64,000 nucleotides of DNA from an uncultured Acidimicrobiales bacterium (GTDB lineage Bacteria > Actinomycetota > Acidimicrobiia > Acidimicrobiales > SHLQ01): contig CAYTUB010000002.1 in the NCBI GenBank assembly GCA_964441145.1, forward strand, positions 3,305-67,304, written 5' to 3'. Positions 46,778-56,573 of the stretch are shown piece after piece. The position numbers were made by a program, and so were the translations under genes. Below the pieces are notes generated by a model. That model saw nothing but the letters and a program-made list of their open reading frames with translations, was not told the origin of the DNA and did no database searches. Position 1 is the stretch's first letter. Each line of letters starts with the position of its first letter.

Positions 46778-47746
46778 TTAGTGTTCGCCCTGATCCTCAA
46801 GCCAACGTTCGGCTTCGAGCGCAGCAGCGCAGCCTGATCCAGCAGCGGTGATGGCCTGTCGGTAGTAGTCGTCTTGCACATCGCCGGATGCGAACACACC
46901 TTCAATGTTGGTGGCTGTTCGTCCTGGGGTGGTGAGCAGGTAGCCGTTGTCCTTCATGTCGAGCTGACCTTCGAAGAGACCGGTATTTGGCTTGTGCCCA
47001 ATCGCGATGAAGAGCCCGGTTACCGGAAGCTCCGACATTGAATCATCGACGGTGCTCTTGGTCTTGACTCCAGCCAACTTGGAGTCGCCGAGGTACTCGA
47101 CCACCTCGGTGTTCCAGACGAATTCGATCTTGGGATTGGCGTGGGCCCGATCTTGCATGATCTGTGATGCGCGGAGCTCGTCGCGTCGCACAACGACGTA
47201 CACCTTGGATGCGAACTTGGTCAGGAAGCTCGCTTCTTCAAGAGCTGAGTCGCCGCCACCGACCACGGCGATCTCATGGTCACGGAAGAAGAAGCCATCG
47301 CAGGTTGCGCAGGTGGAAACGCCGTGGCCGATCAACTCGGTTTCACGATCAAGGTTCAACATCAGAGACTGCGCACCGGTCGACACGATTACCGACTTTG
47401 CGAGATGTGTAGGTTCGCTAGCTTCAGGGTCGCCGACCCAGATCTTGAATGGTCGCTCGGAGAAGTCGACCTTGGATGCCTTGACCGTTTGGATCTCTGC
47501 ACCAAAACGTGCTGCCTGGGTACGGAAGTTCATCATGAGCTCGGGACCCATAATTCCTTCGGGAAAGCCGGGGAAGTTCTCGACGTCGGTGGTCAACATC
47601 AGCTGTCCACCGGGCTGGTCACTGGTCGACGATGGTTCGCCTTCGAGGACGAGTGGCTCAAGCGATGCTCGAGCCGCGTAGACAGCAGCGGTCAGGCCAG
47701 CAGGGCCTGAACCAATGATCACGACGTTCTGAACGTTGTCGGCCAT
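46778..47746 (-). CDS. trxB: thioredoxin-disulfide reductase
   Basis: 322 aa, VIIGSGPAGLTAA..., redox-active CATCDG, ...VVGGGDSALEEA.... Confidence 0.95.
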   Translation of the reverse strand: MADNVQNVVIIGSGPAGLTAAVYAARASLEPLVLEGEPSSTSDQPGGQLMLTTDVENFPGFPEGIMGPELMMNFRTQAARFGAEIQTVKASKVDFSERPFKIWVGDPEASEPTHLAKSVIVSTGAQSLMLNLDRETELIGHGVSTCATCDGFFFRDHEIAVVGGGDSALEEASFLTKFASKVYVVVRRDELRASQIMQDRAHANPKIEFVWNTEVVEYLGDSKLAGVKTKSTVDDSMSELPVTGLFIAIGHKPNTGLFEGQLDMKDNGYLLTTPGRTATNIEGVFASGDVQDDYYRQAITAAGSGCAAALEAERWLEDQGEH

Positions 47747-47806
47747 GAGGGGTTCCTTACTTTGCGATGTGGGAAGGTGCTGCCGGTTCCCCCGAAGTAT
47801 GGAGGA

Positions 47807-48115
47807 CTAGGCGACGCGTTTACGCCAGAGCACAGCTCCGACGATAGTGAAGATCACCCCGAGGACGAGGTACACCAGCCACACACCCAAATCGAGCACA
47901 CCGGTGGCGACCTGATTGAGTCCGTGAACAATGCCCACTAACAGCATGATCAGAGCAGGAACACCAAGAAGGACGATTGCAATTCCATAAACCACAGCTC
48001 GAACGACCTTTGTCGCCGGCTCGGTGGTCTTGTGCTTGACGTTGTCGACAAAGTCGACGATCGTCTCGGTTGCTTGCTGAGGCCAGTCGGGGGTGTCGTC
48101 GCTTGTCAGGGACAT
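47807..48115 (-). CDS. small two-TM membrane protein, unknown function
   Basis: 102 aa with two hydrophobic segments (VVYGIAIVLLGVPALIMLLVGIV and VWLVYLVLGVIFTIVGAVLW). Confidence 0.5.
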   Translation of the reverse strand: MSLTSDDTPDWPQQATETIVDFVDNVKHKTTEPATKVVRAVVYGIAIVLLGVPALIMLLVGIVHGLNQVATGVLDLGVWLVYLVLGVIFTIVGAVLWRKRVA

Positions 48116-48127
48116 AGGCAGCTCAGC

Positions 48128-49066
48128 CTAGCCAAGTAACGCGCAGTCCTCTGAATCGAGGAACCGAGTCGTGCCATCAGACACGAATTCGACGATTACG
48201 AGGCGGGCTGGTTCGGAGCCATCGGCATCGAGCAATACCGCGTCAAACATCGCGGATAGGTCGACGTCGGCGAGGCATTGGGGATTGACCCCGACTTCAA
48301 GAAGTTCATCGAGGTTGTACTCCGGAGAGACCGATCCAAATGTGATGAGATCGTCGATGCCATTCAACGAGTTAGCGACCGGTACGGCCGGTGGGGTCTC
48401 GGCGAGTCGTTCCGCGAGGCTTGGCTCGTCTCCATTGAATGGCGCGGGGGCGAACTCTTCCTCGGCGTCGGCTGCTTCTGGGCCAGCGGCGTCTACATCG
48501 TCTGCATCGTCGTCGTCTGAGGCGCTGACGGGCGGCAGGGTAGCGGGGCCCGAATCATCCTCGGCCGCCTCCTCATCATCTTCCATGGCTTCGTCGTCTT
48601 CCATGGCTTCGTCGCCTGCATCGTTGCCTACTGCATCGTCCACGCTGTCGGCCGCGTCAGCGCTCGTTGCTCTCTCCGCAACGTCGGCCACCGCCTCTGA
48701 AGCGGTGTCGGAGCCGCCGCTTCGCAGGCCGGCCACAACGGGGATGAGGACCAAAATGAACACGATTGCCGCAGCCGCCGTGAGAAGTGTGCGGCCCATC
48801 CCGCCGCGTCGAGCAGCACGCTCTGCAGTAAGTGAGGTGACCTCGGGAGCAGGGGTAGCGGCAGCGAGCGCGGCGGCGATCGACTGCTGACGACGCTCAG
48901 GCGTTGCCGCTGGTGGTTCTTCTCCAACGAGATCGATCACGGTTTGCAGATTTTCGAGACGCTGAGCGGTGGCGGGGTCTGCGTACGCGTCCGCGACCGT
49001 AGCTTCGTCAGCCTCACCATCGATGATGGCCGACAGGAGGTCCTCGTCGAAGCGTTCGTTACTCAT
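48128..49066 (-). CDS. putative single-pass anti-sigma factor (acidic extracytoplasmic region)
   Basis: ATG 49066 (MSNERFDEDLLSAIIDGEADE...) overlaps the sigma-factor stop by 8 nt (ATGAGTAA). It has one TM (LLTAAAAIVFILVLIPVVAGL) and is very D/E/A-rich. Confidence 0.6.
   Translation of the reverse strand: MSNERFDEDLLSAIIDGEADEATVADAYADPATAQRLENLQTVIDLVGEEPPAATPERRQQSIAAALAAATPAPEVTSLTAERAARRGGMGRTLLTAAAAIVFILVLIPVVAGLRSGGSDTASEAVADVAERATSADAADSVDDAVGNDAGDEAMEDDEAMEDDEEAAEDDSGPATLPPVSASDDDDADDVDAAGPEAADAEEEFAPAPFNGDEPSLAERLAETPPAVPVANSLNGIDDLITFGSVSPEYNLDELLEVGVNPQCLADVDLSAMFDAVLLDADGSEPARLVIVEFVSDGTTRFLDSEDCALLG
48579..48614. repeat. perfect 18-bp tandem duplication inside the anti-sigma gene
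   Basis: TCTTCCATGGCTTCGTCG occurs twice (48579-48596 and 48597-48614), encoding the repeated DEAMED in ...EDDEAMEDDEAMEDDEE.... Confidence 0.85.
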
Positions 49067-49655
49067 GGTCGTTTCCTTGTACGCCCGTCGAGCCCGGATG
49101 GTTCCCGCCATTGGTCACATCGCCGATGACATCTGCCAACTTTGCGCGGCCGCGCGCAATTCTCGACCGTACGGTTCCTGGCGCGATCTCCAACACTTCG
49201 CTGATTTGTTCATAATCCAGACCGCCAAGATCTCGCAAGATTACGGGGACGCGAAAGTCCTCAGGAAGCTGATCGAGAGCTTCGTTTACTACGAGCCGAG
49301 CCGTCGTTGCCTCGCCGAGATTGCCGCCCGCTGCGATCTGCAGATGGCCGTCGTCATCATCGATCGACGTCGCGCCTCGTCGTTGCCGCTTACGGAACTC
49401 ATCGATCGCTGCGTTTGTAGCAATCCGATACGACCAAGTCGTGAATTGAGCTCGGCCATCGAAACGATCAAGGTTCTTGACTATGGCGATCAGTGCCATC
49501 TGGGTGGCGTCATCGGCATCAGCTCCACGGCCGACCACCTTCGCACACACCGCGCGCAACCGATCATGGTGTCGGTCGAGCAGAATCTCCAGCGATGCCA
49601 TATCTCCACGCTGTGCAGCGCGGATCAGGTCAGCATCGTCCGCGAGAGTCTGCAT
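49059..49655 (-). CDS. ECF-type RNA polymerase sigma factor (SigM-like position)
   Basis: 198 aa with region 2 (...DDATQMALIAIVKNLDRFDGRAQFTTWSYRIATNAAID) and region 4 (...LGGLDYEQISEVLEIAPGTVRSRIARGR). The ATG directly abuts the kinase stop codon. Confidence 0.85.
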   Translation of the reverse strand: MQTLADDADLIRAAQRGDMASLEILLDRHHDRLRAVCAKVVGRGADADDATQMALIAIVKNLDRFDGRAQFTTWSYRIATNAAIDEFRKRQRRGATSIDDDDGHLQIAAGGNLGEATTARLVVNEALDQLPEDFRVPVILRDLGGLDYEQISEVLEIAPGTVRSRIARGRAKLADVIGDVTNGGNHPGSTGVQGNDHE

Positions 49656-51515
49656 TTATCCCACGACGATCTCGTTGACCACGAGTCGTTGATCGAAGCC
49701 ACCTGCTGCCACCTGGGCATCGTAGTCCTCCGGACTCTGCTCAGAGTCGACACCTAAATCGGTGACCCACAACAGCAAGGACATGGTTTCGCCGTCGGGA
49801 AGATCCAGATTGTTTTCGAGGCTGAGATTGGTGAACTCGGCAATCGGTGCTCCCCAACCGTCGAGATCGGCGGGCATCGCGTTCGACTGATACACCCGTG
49901 CCGCCCAGCCGAGGCGATCGGTCATCACGGAAATTTCGGTGAAGGACCGCGGCTGCTCGAATTCGATGATGAGCCCTACGCCATCTTTGATGTTGCCAAA
50001 CTCCCGAGTCCGATAGGACTGGGTGTTCCAGAACGTAGATACGTCGCCGTCGATTGCTCGCGGTGCCAGGTCGTCATGTTCACCATCACCCCCAAAGGGA
50101 TCAAAGGCGATGGCTCGTTGACCGGCGACGAAGTTCGCTACCGGGGCTGTGGTGGTCGTGGTTTCGACAACCGTCTCGGGCGTGACATCGGCAGAGGGAG
50201 CGCCTTCGATGGCAGCGGTGGTTGCGGTCGTCTCCGCGGCGTCGTTCTCTGGAACTGTTGTGGTGGAATCGTCGGTCTCTTCAACCGTGTCGACGGACTC
50301 TTCGGGAACCGTCTCGGTCGTATCGTCGGCTGAATCAACCGCCGTGGTGGAACCCATGAGCAACAGCCACACGGTGATGACCGCTGCTGCGACCAGTGCA
50401 AAGGCGATCAATGGGCCGATGATCGCCAGTCGTCCCCGGTTTCGCCGATGATGCTTGGCAACTGCGGGATCGGCCTTGGCCGGGGACCGACGGGGTGTGT
50501 CGCGTCCACTGGACCTCGTAGCCGCAGGAGTTGGTGCCGGCGAAACGGGCGCATTGGAAGGCGAAGCCAGCGGTGGTCGTCTTTCCTGCGGTTTTGGGGG
50601 TCGAACGGGAATCGATTGGGCTGAGGCTGATTGGGTAGGAGGGGTCGATGGTGCTCTGTTAACGACGGTTAGGTCTTCGTTGATGCTCTGGGTGAGTGCG
50701 GTAGACCAAGCCTGGGCATCGGGGTACCGGTCGTTGGGGTTTCGTGCGAGCCCACGAAGCAAAAAGCGTTCGAATGCAGCGGGAAGGTCGGGGCGTAGCG
50801 CGTGCACCGATGGGGGATCGACCTGGACGCGCTTCATTGCGGTGGCGAGGTCGCTTGCCGCGAAGGGGACCTCGCCGCACAACATTTCGTAGAGCAGAGT
50901 GGTCAGTGAATACAGATCAGTTCGTGCATCGGCGGTGTGGCCCTCGATCTGTTCTGGAGCCAAGTACTTCACCGTGCCGACCAAGGAACCCGATTCGGTG
51001 TGGCTTGTTTGGTCGAGCGCTTTGGCGATGCCGAAATCTGACAGCTTCACCCGACGGTCTGGTCGAACGAGAATGTTGGCTGGCTTTACATCGCGATGGA
51101 TGATGCCGTGCTGATGTGCGTGCCCGAGCGCAGCCGCCAATTGGACTCCTACCTCGGCCGCATCGGTGAGGGCGAGGGTTGGGCGCTCGTCGAGCAGCGT
51201 GCGAAGGTCGCGTCCCTCAACCAATTCCATGATGATCGCATCGGTGTCGTCGGTAGTGACCGTGTCGTAGATGGCGACGATCCCCGGGTGGGTCAATCGT
51301 GCAGCTGCTTGGGCTTCGCTACGAAAGCGGTTGAGAATCGAATGGTTTTCGGCGAGATGTCCGTGGAGAACTTTGATGGCGACCTTGCGACCGAGGTTGT
51401 GGTCGACGCCTTCCCATACTTCGGCCATCCCTCCGCTGCCGCGACGGACAACCATTTCGTAGCGGTCGCCAAGACGGGGCCGCTTCATACGGAGGTCTGG
51501 GGGAGTGTGGGCCAT
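49656..51515 (-). CDS. transmembrane Ser/Thr protein kinase with an extracellular discoidin/F5-F8-type-C-like domain
   Basis: Complete Hanks motifs are present: GSGGMAEV, VAIKVL, HRDVKPANIL, DFGIA, YLAPE. These are followed by a Pro-rich linker and a TM (LAIIGPLIAFALVAAAVITVWLLL). The C-terminus ...RAIDGDVSTFWNTQSY... is discoidin-like. Confidence 0.85.
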   Translation of the reverse strand: MAHTPPDLRMKRPRLGDRYEMVVRRGSGGMAEVWEGVDHNLGRKVAIKVLHGHLAENHSILNRFRSEAQAAARLTHPGIVAIYDTVTTDDTDAIIMELVEGRDLRTLLDERPTLALTDAAEVGVQLAAALGHAHQHGIIHRDVKPANILVRPDRRVKLSDFGIAKALDQTSHTESGSLVGTVKYLAPEQIEGHTADARTDLYSLTTLLYEMLCGEVPFAASDLATAMKRVQVDPPSVHALRPDLPAAFERFLLRGLARNPNDRYPDAQAWSTALTQSINEDLTVVNRAPSTPPTQSASAQSIPVRPPKPQERRPPLASPSNAPVSPAPTPAATRSSGRDTPRRSPAKADPAVAKHHRRNRGRLAIIGPLIAFALVAAAVITVWLLLMGSTTAVDSADDTTETVPEESVDTVEETDDSTTTVPENDAAETTATTAAIEGAPSADVTPETVVETTTTTAPVANFVAGQRAIAFDPFGGDGEHDDLAPRAIDGDVSTFWNTQSYRTREFGNIKDGVGLIIEFEQPRSFTEISVMTDRLGWAARVYQSNAMPADLDGWGAPIAEFTNLSLENNLDLPDGETMSLLLWVTDLGVDSEQSPEDYDAQVAAGGFDQRLVVNEIVVG

Positions 51516-51560
51516 AGCGAAATGAACGCTACTGGTCGGGTGGGCACTGTGGAGATCAGC

Positions 51561-52403
51561 TCACTTCGCGGACTGGTACGTGATACCGATGATGCCCGGG
51601 CCTCCATGGGTGCCAATCACTGCACCAATGACGTTGGTTCGAGCCTGAGCGACGCTTGGAATATCGGCCACCGATTGCATGAAGTCGTCGATGTCGGTGG
51701 CATTGGAATGGAGGATGGCGAGGTTTGATACATCATTGCCAGCATCGATCAGTTGTTGGCGCACCCACTCCAATGATCGCTTACGTGTGCGCTGGCGGCC
51801 GGCGGCCACCACCTCTCCAGTTGAGAGATCGAGGAGTGGCTTGATCGACAACATTGCGCCGAAGGCTGCTTGTGCTCCACCGATGCGGCCCCCCTTCTTC
51901 AAGTTCTCCAGGGTGTCGAGCGTGGCGAATACTTGTGTTCGCTTACTCAGATCCTCGGCCAACGCCACGATGTCATCGGCACTGGCACCGTTTCGGCCAG
52001 CTTCGGCAGCGGCCAGCACGATCGATCCGAGACCGCCGGTTAGTTGCGCGGAGTTGACGACTCGAACGTCGATGGTCACCTCATCGGCAGCTGCTGCGGT
52101 TCGTGCCGATTGGATGGTTGCCGAGAGGGCTTCGGACAGGTTGATGCACACCACACCTGTGGCGCCATCGGCGTGCATTGCGTTGAACATTTCGACGAAG
52201 GCGCCGGGGGAAGGAGCGGCGGTCTCGGGCAGAACTTCCGATGCTCCCAAGCGTCGGTAAAACTCGTCGGTACTGAGTTCGGTGCGGTCGGTGAACTCTT
52301 CCTCGCCGAATCGGATGGAGAGGGGAACCATGCCGATTCCCCAGTGTTCGAGTTCCTCGTCGGAAAGGTCGCATGCGCTGTCCGTCACGATTCGAATCGT
52401 CAT
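51561..52403 (-). CDS. DegV-family fatty-acid-binding protein
   Basis: 280 aa, MTIRIVTDSACDLSDEEL...ETAAPSPGAF... Confidence 0.85.
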   Translation of the reverse strand: MTIRIVTDSACDLSDEELEHWGIGMVPLSIRFGEEEFTDRTELSTDEFYRRLGASEVLPETAAPSPGAFVEMFNAMHADGATGVVCINLSEALSATIQSARTAAAADEVTIDVRVVNSAQLTGGLGSIVLAAAEAGRNGASADDIVALAEDLSKRTQVFATLDTLENLKKGGRIGGAQAAFGAMLSIKPLLDLSTGEVVAAGRQRTRKRSLEWVRQQLIDAGNDVSNLAILHSNATDIDDFMQSVADIPSVAQARTNVIGAVIGTHGGPGIIGITYQSAK

Positions 52404-52408
52404 GTCCT

Positions 52409-54481
52409 TCAGACTCCGATGAGTTCTCCGGAATCTTTAGAGTCCGGATTGGCGGTGGAATCCTTGACTGTACCGCGAGCTGATCGGAGGTGCCGCAACC
52501 ACCACCCAAGCAAAACAAGGATTGCTACGCCGCCGATGAGCACCCCAACACCAGAAAATGCCAGTAGTCGAACAACGATCTCCGATGAGCCGAGCAGGAT
52601 CGAGCGATCCGGGCTAAAGACCTGAATACGAATCGGGGAGTCACCAGAGCCGCGCGCTTCGATCGGTACCTCTATTCGGTTCGATCCTGGTGTGAGGACA
52701 GCGTCGATTTCGCGGCCTTCGGGGAAGTCGAGTTTCTCGCTATCGAGAAGCAAAAGGACGGCCGTGTCTGAATCAAGATTGTTGTCGATCAGGATTGGAA
52801 CGTCTGATCGGCGGCCCGTCAACGTGATGGTTTCGGTCGGGGGTGTGGTGATCGAATCGATTCGTTGGGTGTCGATAATGCTGTAGATCTGGTCGATGTA
52901 GGCATTGCGATCTGTGTCGTCGTGGTCGCTGCTGGTACTTAGCTCCAATAACTCGTTCAGACGACCGACGTCTTCGGTGTTACTCGCAATAACTGTGCTC
53001 CAGGCTTCGATAGTCGCTTGGGCTTGGCTGAACTCGGTGCGATAGGCACGAAGATCGTCGGGGGCCTGTTCGGGTTGTAGCTCACGTTGCAACGGTGGGC
53101 TAAGTGAGTCGATGCCACGTGCCGGGGTGAACGAGGTGATCGCCAGCACTTGCTCGGGTGACGTGCTGTTGATCGACGGGATTCGTTCGAGTCCACTCAG
53201 AAGGACATTGAGGAAGGTGGCATCGGGAAGCCAATCCGCTGGCGGACGCACAAATGCACCCTGAGAGGTGTCGGGATATTGAAACGAGAGGAGCGTCAGA
53301 TCGGCAAGCATGCGGTTAGCGTCGATCACCGCTCCGTTACCCGCGACGAAGTGATTTGCCAGGTCGTTGTCGAAGGCCATTGCAGGCAGAGGATCGATGT
53401 CTGGCGCCGGTACGAGGAATCGAGTGGTGAGCGATTCTGGGAAGAAGACGGGGTCGACCGGTTCGAATACTCCGGGGTCGGCGACAATCCCCTCCACTCC
53501 GAGGCTCTGAAGTTCAGCAAGTCCGGCACTGGTCACGGTGGAATCGAGAACCACCACGGAACCGTTCGGTTCAATACCGGTGAGTTCAGCGGTTGCTTGC
53601 GCACTTCGCGCATAGAGGTCGACAAGTTCGTTTGTGAGCCCGGCGTCGATCCATGCTTGCTCTTCGAGTTGGGTAAAGGGTTCGGGCAAGAGTTGATCAG
53701 CAGAAAATCCATTGCCGATCATCTCGAGGATCTCGGTTGCCTCAGGAGACTCGGTGCGTTGCAGTGAGAGTAATGTCTCGCCGGTGATCGACAGCGAGAC
53801 GTTGTCGTTGGGGTGTTGGGCGATGGCTTCCACCAGGATCAAGAGCTCGGCAATCTCATCGGTGGTCAGCGTGCTCGCGCCGTCGGTATCGATCGAGTTG
53901 CCGATAGGCGACTCAAGGATCAGCGAGGTCGCCAAGGTTGATCGAACCGGACGGCGGGGCAGATGGATGATCGACGAGACGAAACTGTCGATGACCTCAC
54001 CATCTGCGGTGAGCAACGATGCCACAAGTGGATAGACGGCGGGTTCGCCGTTGGTGATCAGGCGGGGAGCTGCATTGGAGACATCGTCGCTCTCATCATT
54101 TTGTGGGGGAGCCGGAGTCGTGCTTTGGCGACCAACCTCGACCTCGAGGCCAATGACCTCATTGCTGGTGTCCTGCACCTCCGAAAGCACGATTGGACCG
54201 ACGGTCAGAAGCGTTTCGGCTCCGGAGGTATCGGCAGTGAGAAACGCTCCCCGGTCTTCCCATGGTGCGAGTACCTCGAACATGACCGTCGAGTCAGCGT
54301 CGGCTCCGGCAACGCGAACCTGGGCGTTGAAGATACCGCCTTGGTCTACCCAGGAACTCTGTGCCACGAGCTCGAAAGATCCCAAGGACTGTGCCGTGAG
54401 CATGGAGGAGCCGCTCATACCAACCAGCGCGATGACGCAGAGCGCTAGGAAAGCGCGCAAAGAGCTGCGGCGTGCCTTCAT
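52409..54481 (-). CDS. large exported protein with a C-terminal TM anchor (Rv3909-like position; DUF6049-like)
   Basis: ATG 54481 overlaps the upstream GNAT stop (ATGA). Signal peptide LRAFLALCVIALVGMSGSSMLTAQS and C-terminal TM LLAFSGVGVLIGGVAILVLLGWW. Assigned by synteny and size only. Confidence 0.5.
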   Translation of the reverse strand: MKARRSSLRAFLALCVIALVGMSGSSMLTAQSLGSFELVAQSSWVDQGGIFNAQVRVAGADADSTVMFEVLAPWEDRGAFLTADTSGAETLLTVGPIVLSEVQDTSNEVIGLEVEVGRQSTTPAPPQNDESDDVSNAAPRLITNGEPAVYPLVASLLTADGEVIDSFVSSIIHLPRRPVRSTLATSLILESPIGNSIDTDGASTLTTDEIAELLILVEAIAQHPNDNVSLSITGETLLSLQRTESPEATEILEMIGNGFSADQLLPEPFTQLEEQAWIDAGLTNELVDLYARSAQATAELTGIEPNGSVVVLDSTVTSAGLAELQSLGVEGIVADPGVFEPVDPVFFPESLTTRFLVPAPDIDPLPAMAFDNDLANHFVAGNGAVIDANRMLADLTLLSFQYPDTSQGAFVRPPADWLPDATFLNVLLSGLERIPSINSTSPEQVLAITSFTPARGIDSLSPPLQRELQPEQAPDDLRAYRTEFSQAQATIEAWSTVIASNTEDVGRLNELLELSTSSDHDDTDRNAYIDQIYSIIDTQRIDSITTPPTETITLTGRRSDVPILIDNNLDSDTAVLLLLDSEKLDFPEGREIDAVLTPGSNRIEVPIEARGSGDSPIRIQVFSPDRSILLGSSEIVVRLLAFSGVGVLIGGVAILVLLGWWLRHLRSARGTVKDSTANPDSKDSGELIGV

Positions 54482-55179
54482 CGCTGCCACTCCAAGACCG
54501 TGAGTCGTTCGTCGTCGAGACCAAATCCATGGCGCTCGTACACCTGAAGCGCTGTGGTGTTGATCTCTTGGGTATTCACGAACATTGCGAGGCCACTGAC
54601 CTTTTGGGCCCAGAGCAACGCGTCGAGGATGAGTTGGCTCCCAACTCCTTGACGCCGAGCCTCTGTGGCGACGCCGAGCCGTTGGAGAAAGCTGGTCATT
54701 CCGGCGTGGCCCGAGACGGCGTAGCCGACGATCTGTTGATCGAGGGTCGCGACCACATACCGATTTTTCGGCGTGGCCCGGCGAGCAGCGATCAAGGCAT
54801 CACGATCGAAGACCCAAAAGTCATCGAACCCTTGTCGATCGATTTCCAAGACCCGGCCTAAGTCACTGCGTCTCGCGTTGCGAATGATGCATGGACCCTT
54901 TGGTCTCGCGATGTTCTCGAGGTCATGCTTGAGCAAATAGAGCGACTCGCGCGGGGTAAATCCGGCGGCGAGAAAAGGTTCTTGCTCTCGGCTCGAAAGT
55001 GCCGCGGTAACGACATAACCCGGCGTATCAGCGAGCTGCGCCATCACTCGTTCAACTTCGCTACGGTCCAATTTTCGCAGCGGAACTATTTGGACGCGCG
55101 CGGGTTCATCGGGTTGGTTCGGCGAGCGGTGAACCAGCCTGACGCCGCGGACTGGTCGGTGTAAACGATCCAGCAACAT
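54478..55179 (-). CDS. GNAT-family N-acetyltransferase
   Basis: ...QRLGVATEARRQGVGSQLILDAL...VNTQEINTTALQVYERHGF. Confidence 0.75.
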   Translation of the reverse strand: MLLDRLHRPVRGVRLVHRSPNQPDEPARVQIVPLRKLDRSEVERVMAQLADTPGYVVTAALSSREQEPFLAAGFTPRESLYLLKHDLENIARPKGPCIIRNARRSDLGRVLEIDRQGFDDFWVFDRDALIAARRATPKNRYVVATLDQQIVGYAVSGHAGMTSFLQRLGVATEARRQGVGSQLILDALLWAQKVSGLAMFVNTQEINTTALQVYERHGFGLDDERLTVLEWQR

Positions 55180-55217
55180 ACGCCGAGGTTACTCAAGGTT
55201 CACGTAGCCTTTGCGGC

Positions 55218-56468
55218 GTGCACGAAATGAGCCAGGGAGTCCTCGATGAGATCGCGCCGCTGATCGACGCCTTTGAGGAGGCTGGCAAGGCTCTCTACCT
55301 GGTCGGTGGGATCGTCCGAGATCTCCATCTTGGAGTGCCTATTGAGGCACTCGATTTCGATCTAACGACCGATGCTCGTCCCCTCGAAATAAAGGAACTA
55401 GTCCGGCCCTTTGCTGATGCGGTGTGGGCACAAGGCGAACGCTTTGGGACGATTGGTTGCCGCTTGAATGAGCGCCCAATTGAGATCACCACACATCGGG
55501 CGGAGTCCTATGGCGACGGGTCTCGCAAACCCGAGGTCGTCTTCGGCGATGATATCGAGCTCGACCTTTCACGGCGCGACTTCACGATCAATGCCATGGC
55601 GATCCGAGTCGCTCGGAAAGCAGCCGACACGGAACTGATCGATCCTTTCAATGGTGCCAAGCACTTAGAGCAGCGCTTGCTTCGCACACCAATGGACCCC
55701 GAGATTTCCTTCCAGGATGATCCGTTGCGGATCTTGCGTGCGGCTCGCTTTATTGCGCGATACGGCTTGTCTGTCGATGAGGGCCTGAAGACTGCGGCGA
55801 AAAAGTTGATCGATCGGATGCGAATCGTGTCGACGGAACGGGTGCGCGACGAATTCGACAAATTGCTTATGGCGACGGAACCCTCGAGTGGTCTCGAATT
55901 CTTAAACGAGGTCGGCGGGTGGCTCTATGTCGCTGAATCCATCGAAACCAATGAGCTTGAGCAGCTTGGGGTTGAGCTCGATCGTTCGGCAGTCGACGTA
56001 GACCTACGGCGGGCCGTGACCTTCAGTCACTGTCCACCGTCGAGTCGCGCCGTGCAGTTGGAGACGCTTCGGTACTCCAACGTTGAGGCTCGGTCGATGC
56101 GTCTCGTTCTCGCAGGTCTCGATCTGGTTCGAGAGGGAGACCAGGCCTTTGATGAGCCAACCATACGCCGCTTGGTCGATCGGATTGGATACGGATCCTT
56201 ACCTCTGTTGATAGACGTGGTCGGAGTCTTGGGTGTCGAGGATCGTGCTTTGGGTATGCAGTTTCGTGAACTCGATCAAAGCGAAGACCTTTCCGATCTT
56301 TCACCGGAGCTCGATGGTGAGTCGGTGATGGAAATTCTTGGGATCGAAGCTGGCCCTGAAGTCGGTGCGGCGCTTGGAGTCTTGCGCCAACGTCGTTTCG
56401 AAGAGGGCCCGCTGAGCCGCGAAGCTGAAGTGGCGCACCTGCTAGAGCGATACAAGCGGAACCGATAA
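55218..56468 (+). CDS. CCA tRNA nucleotidyltransferase / poly(A) polymerase family (PcnA-like)
   Basis: ...LYLVGGIVRDLHLG...DFDLTTDARP...RDFTINAMA.... Divergent from the Rv3909-like cluster, as in mycobacteria. Confidence 0.85.
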   Translation: MHEMSQGVLDEIAPLIDAFEEAGKALYLVGGIVRDLHLGVPIEALDFDLTTDARPLEIKELVRPFADAVWAQGERFGTIGCRLNERPIEITTHRAESYGDGSRKPEVVFGDDIELDLSRRDFTINAMAIRVARKAADTELIDPFNGAKHLEQRLLRTPMDPEISFQDDPLRILRAARFIARYGLSVDEGLKTAAKKLIDRMRIVSTERVRDEFDKLLMATEPSSGLEFLNEVGGWLYVAESIETNELEQLGVELDRSAVDVDLRRAVTFSHCPPSSRAVQLETLRYSNVEARSMRLVLAGLDLVREGDQAFDEPTIRRLVDRIGYGSLPLLIDVVGVLGVEDRALGMQFRELDQSEDLSDLSPELDGESVMEILGIEAGPEVGAALGVLRQRRFEEGPLSREAEVAHLLERYKRNR

Positions 56469-56573
56469 TCACCCAAACGGGTAACCCACAGTAGTTATCC
56501 ACAACATGGGGATAACAGTGTGGCTAGTTCCTATTTCGTTTAGGACGGAACCATCGGTCCAGCAGCGGCAACG

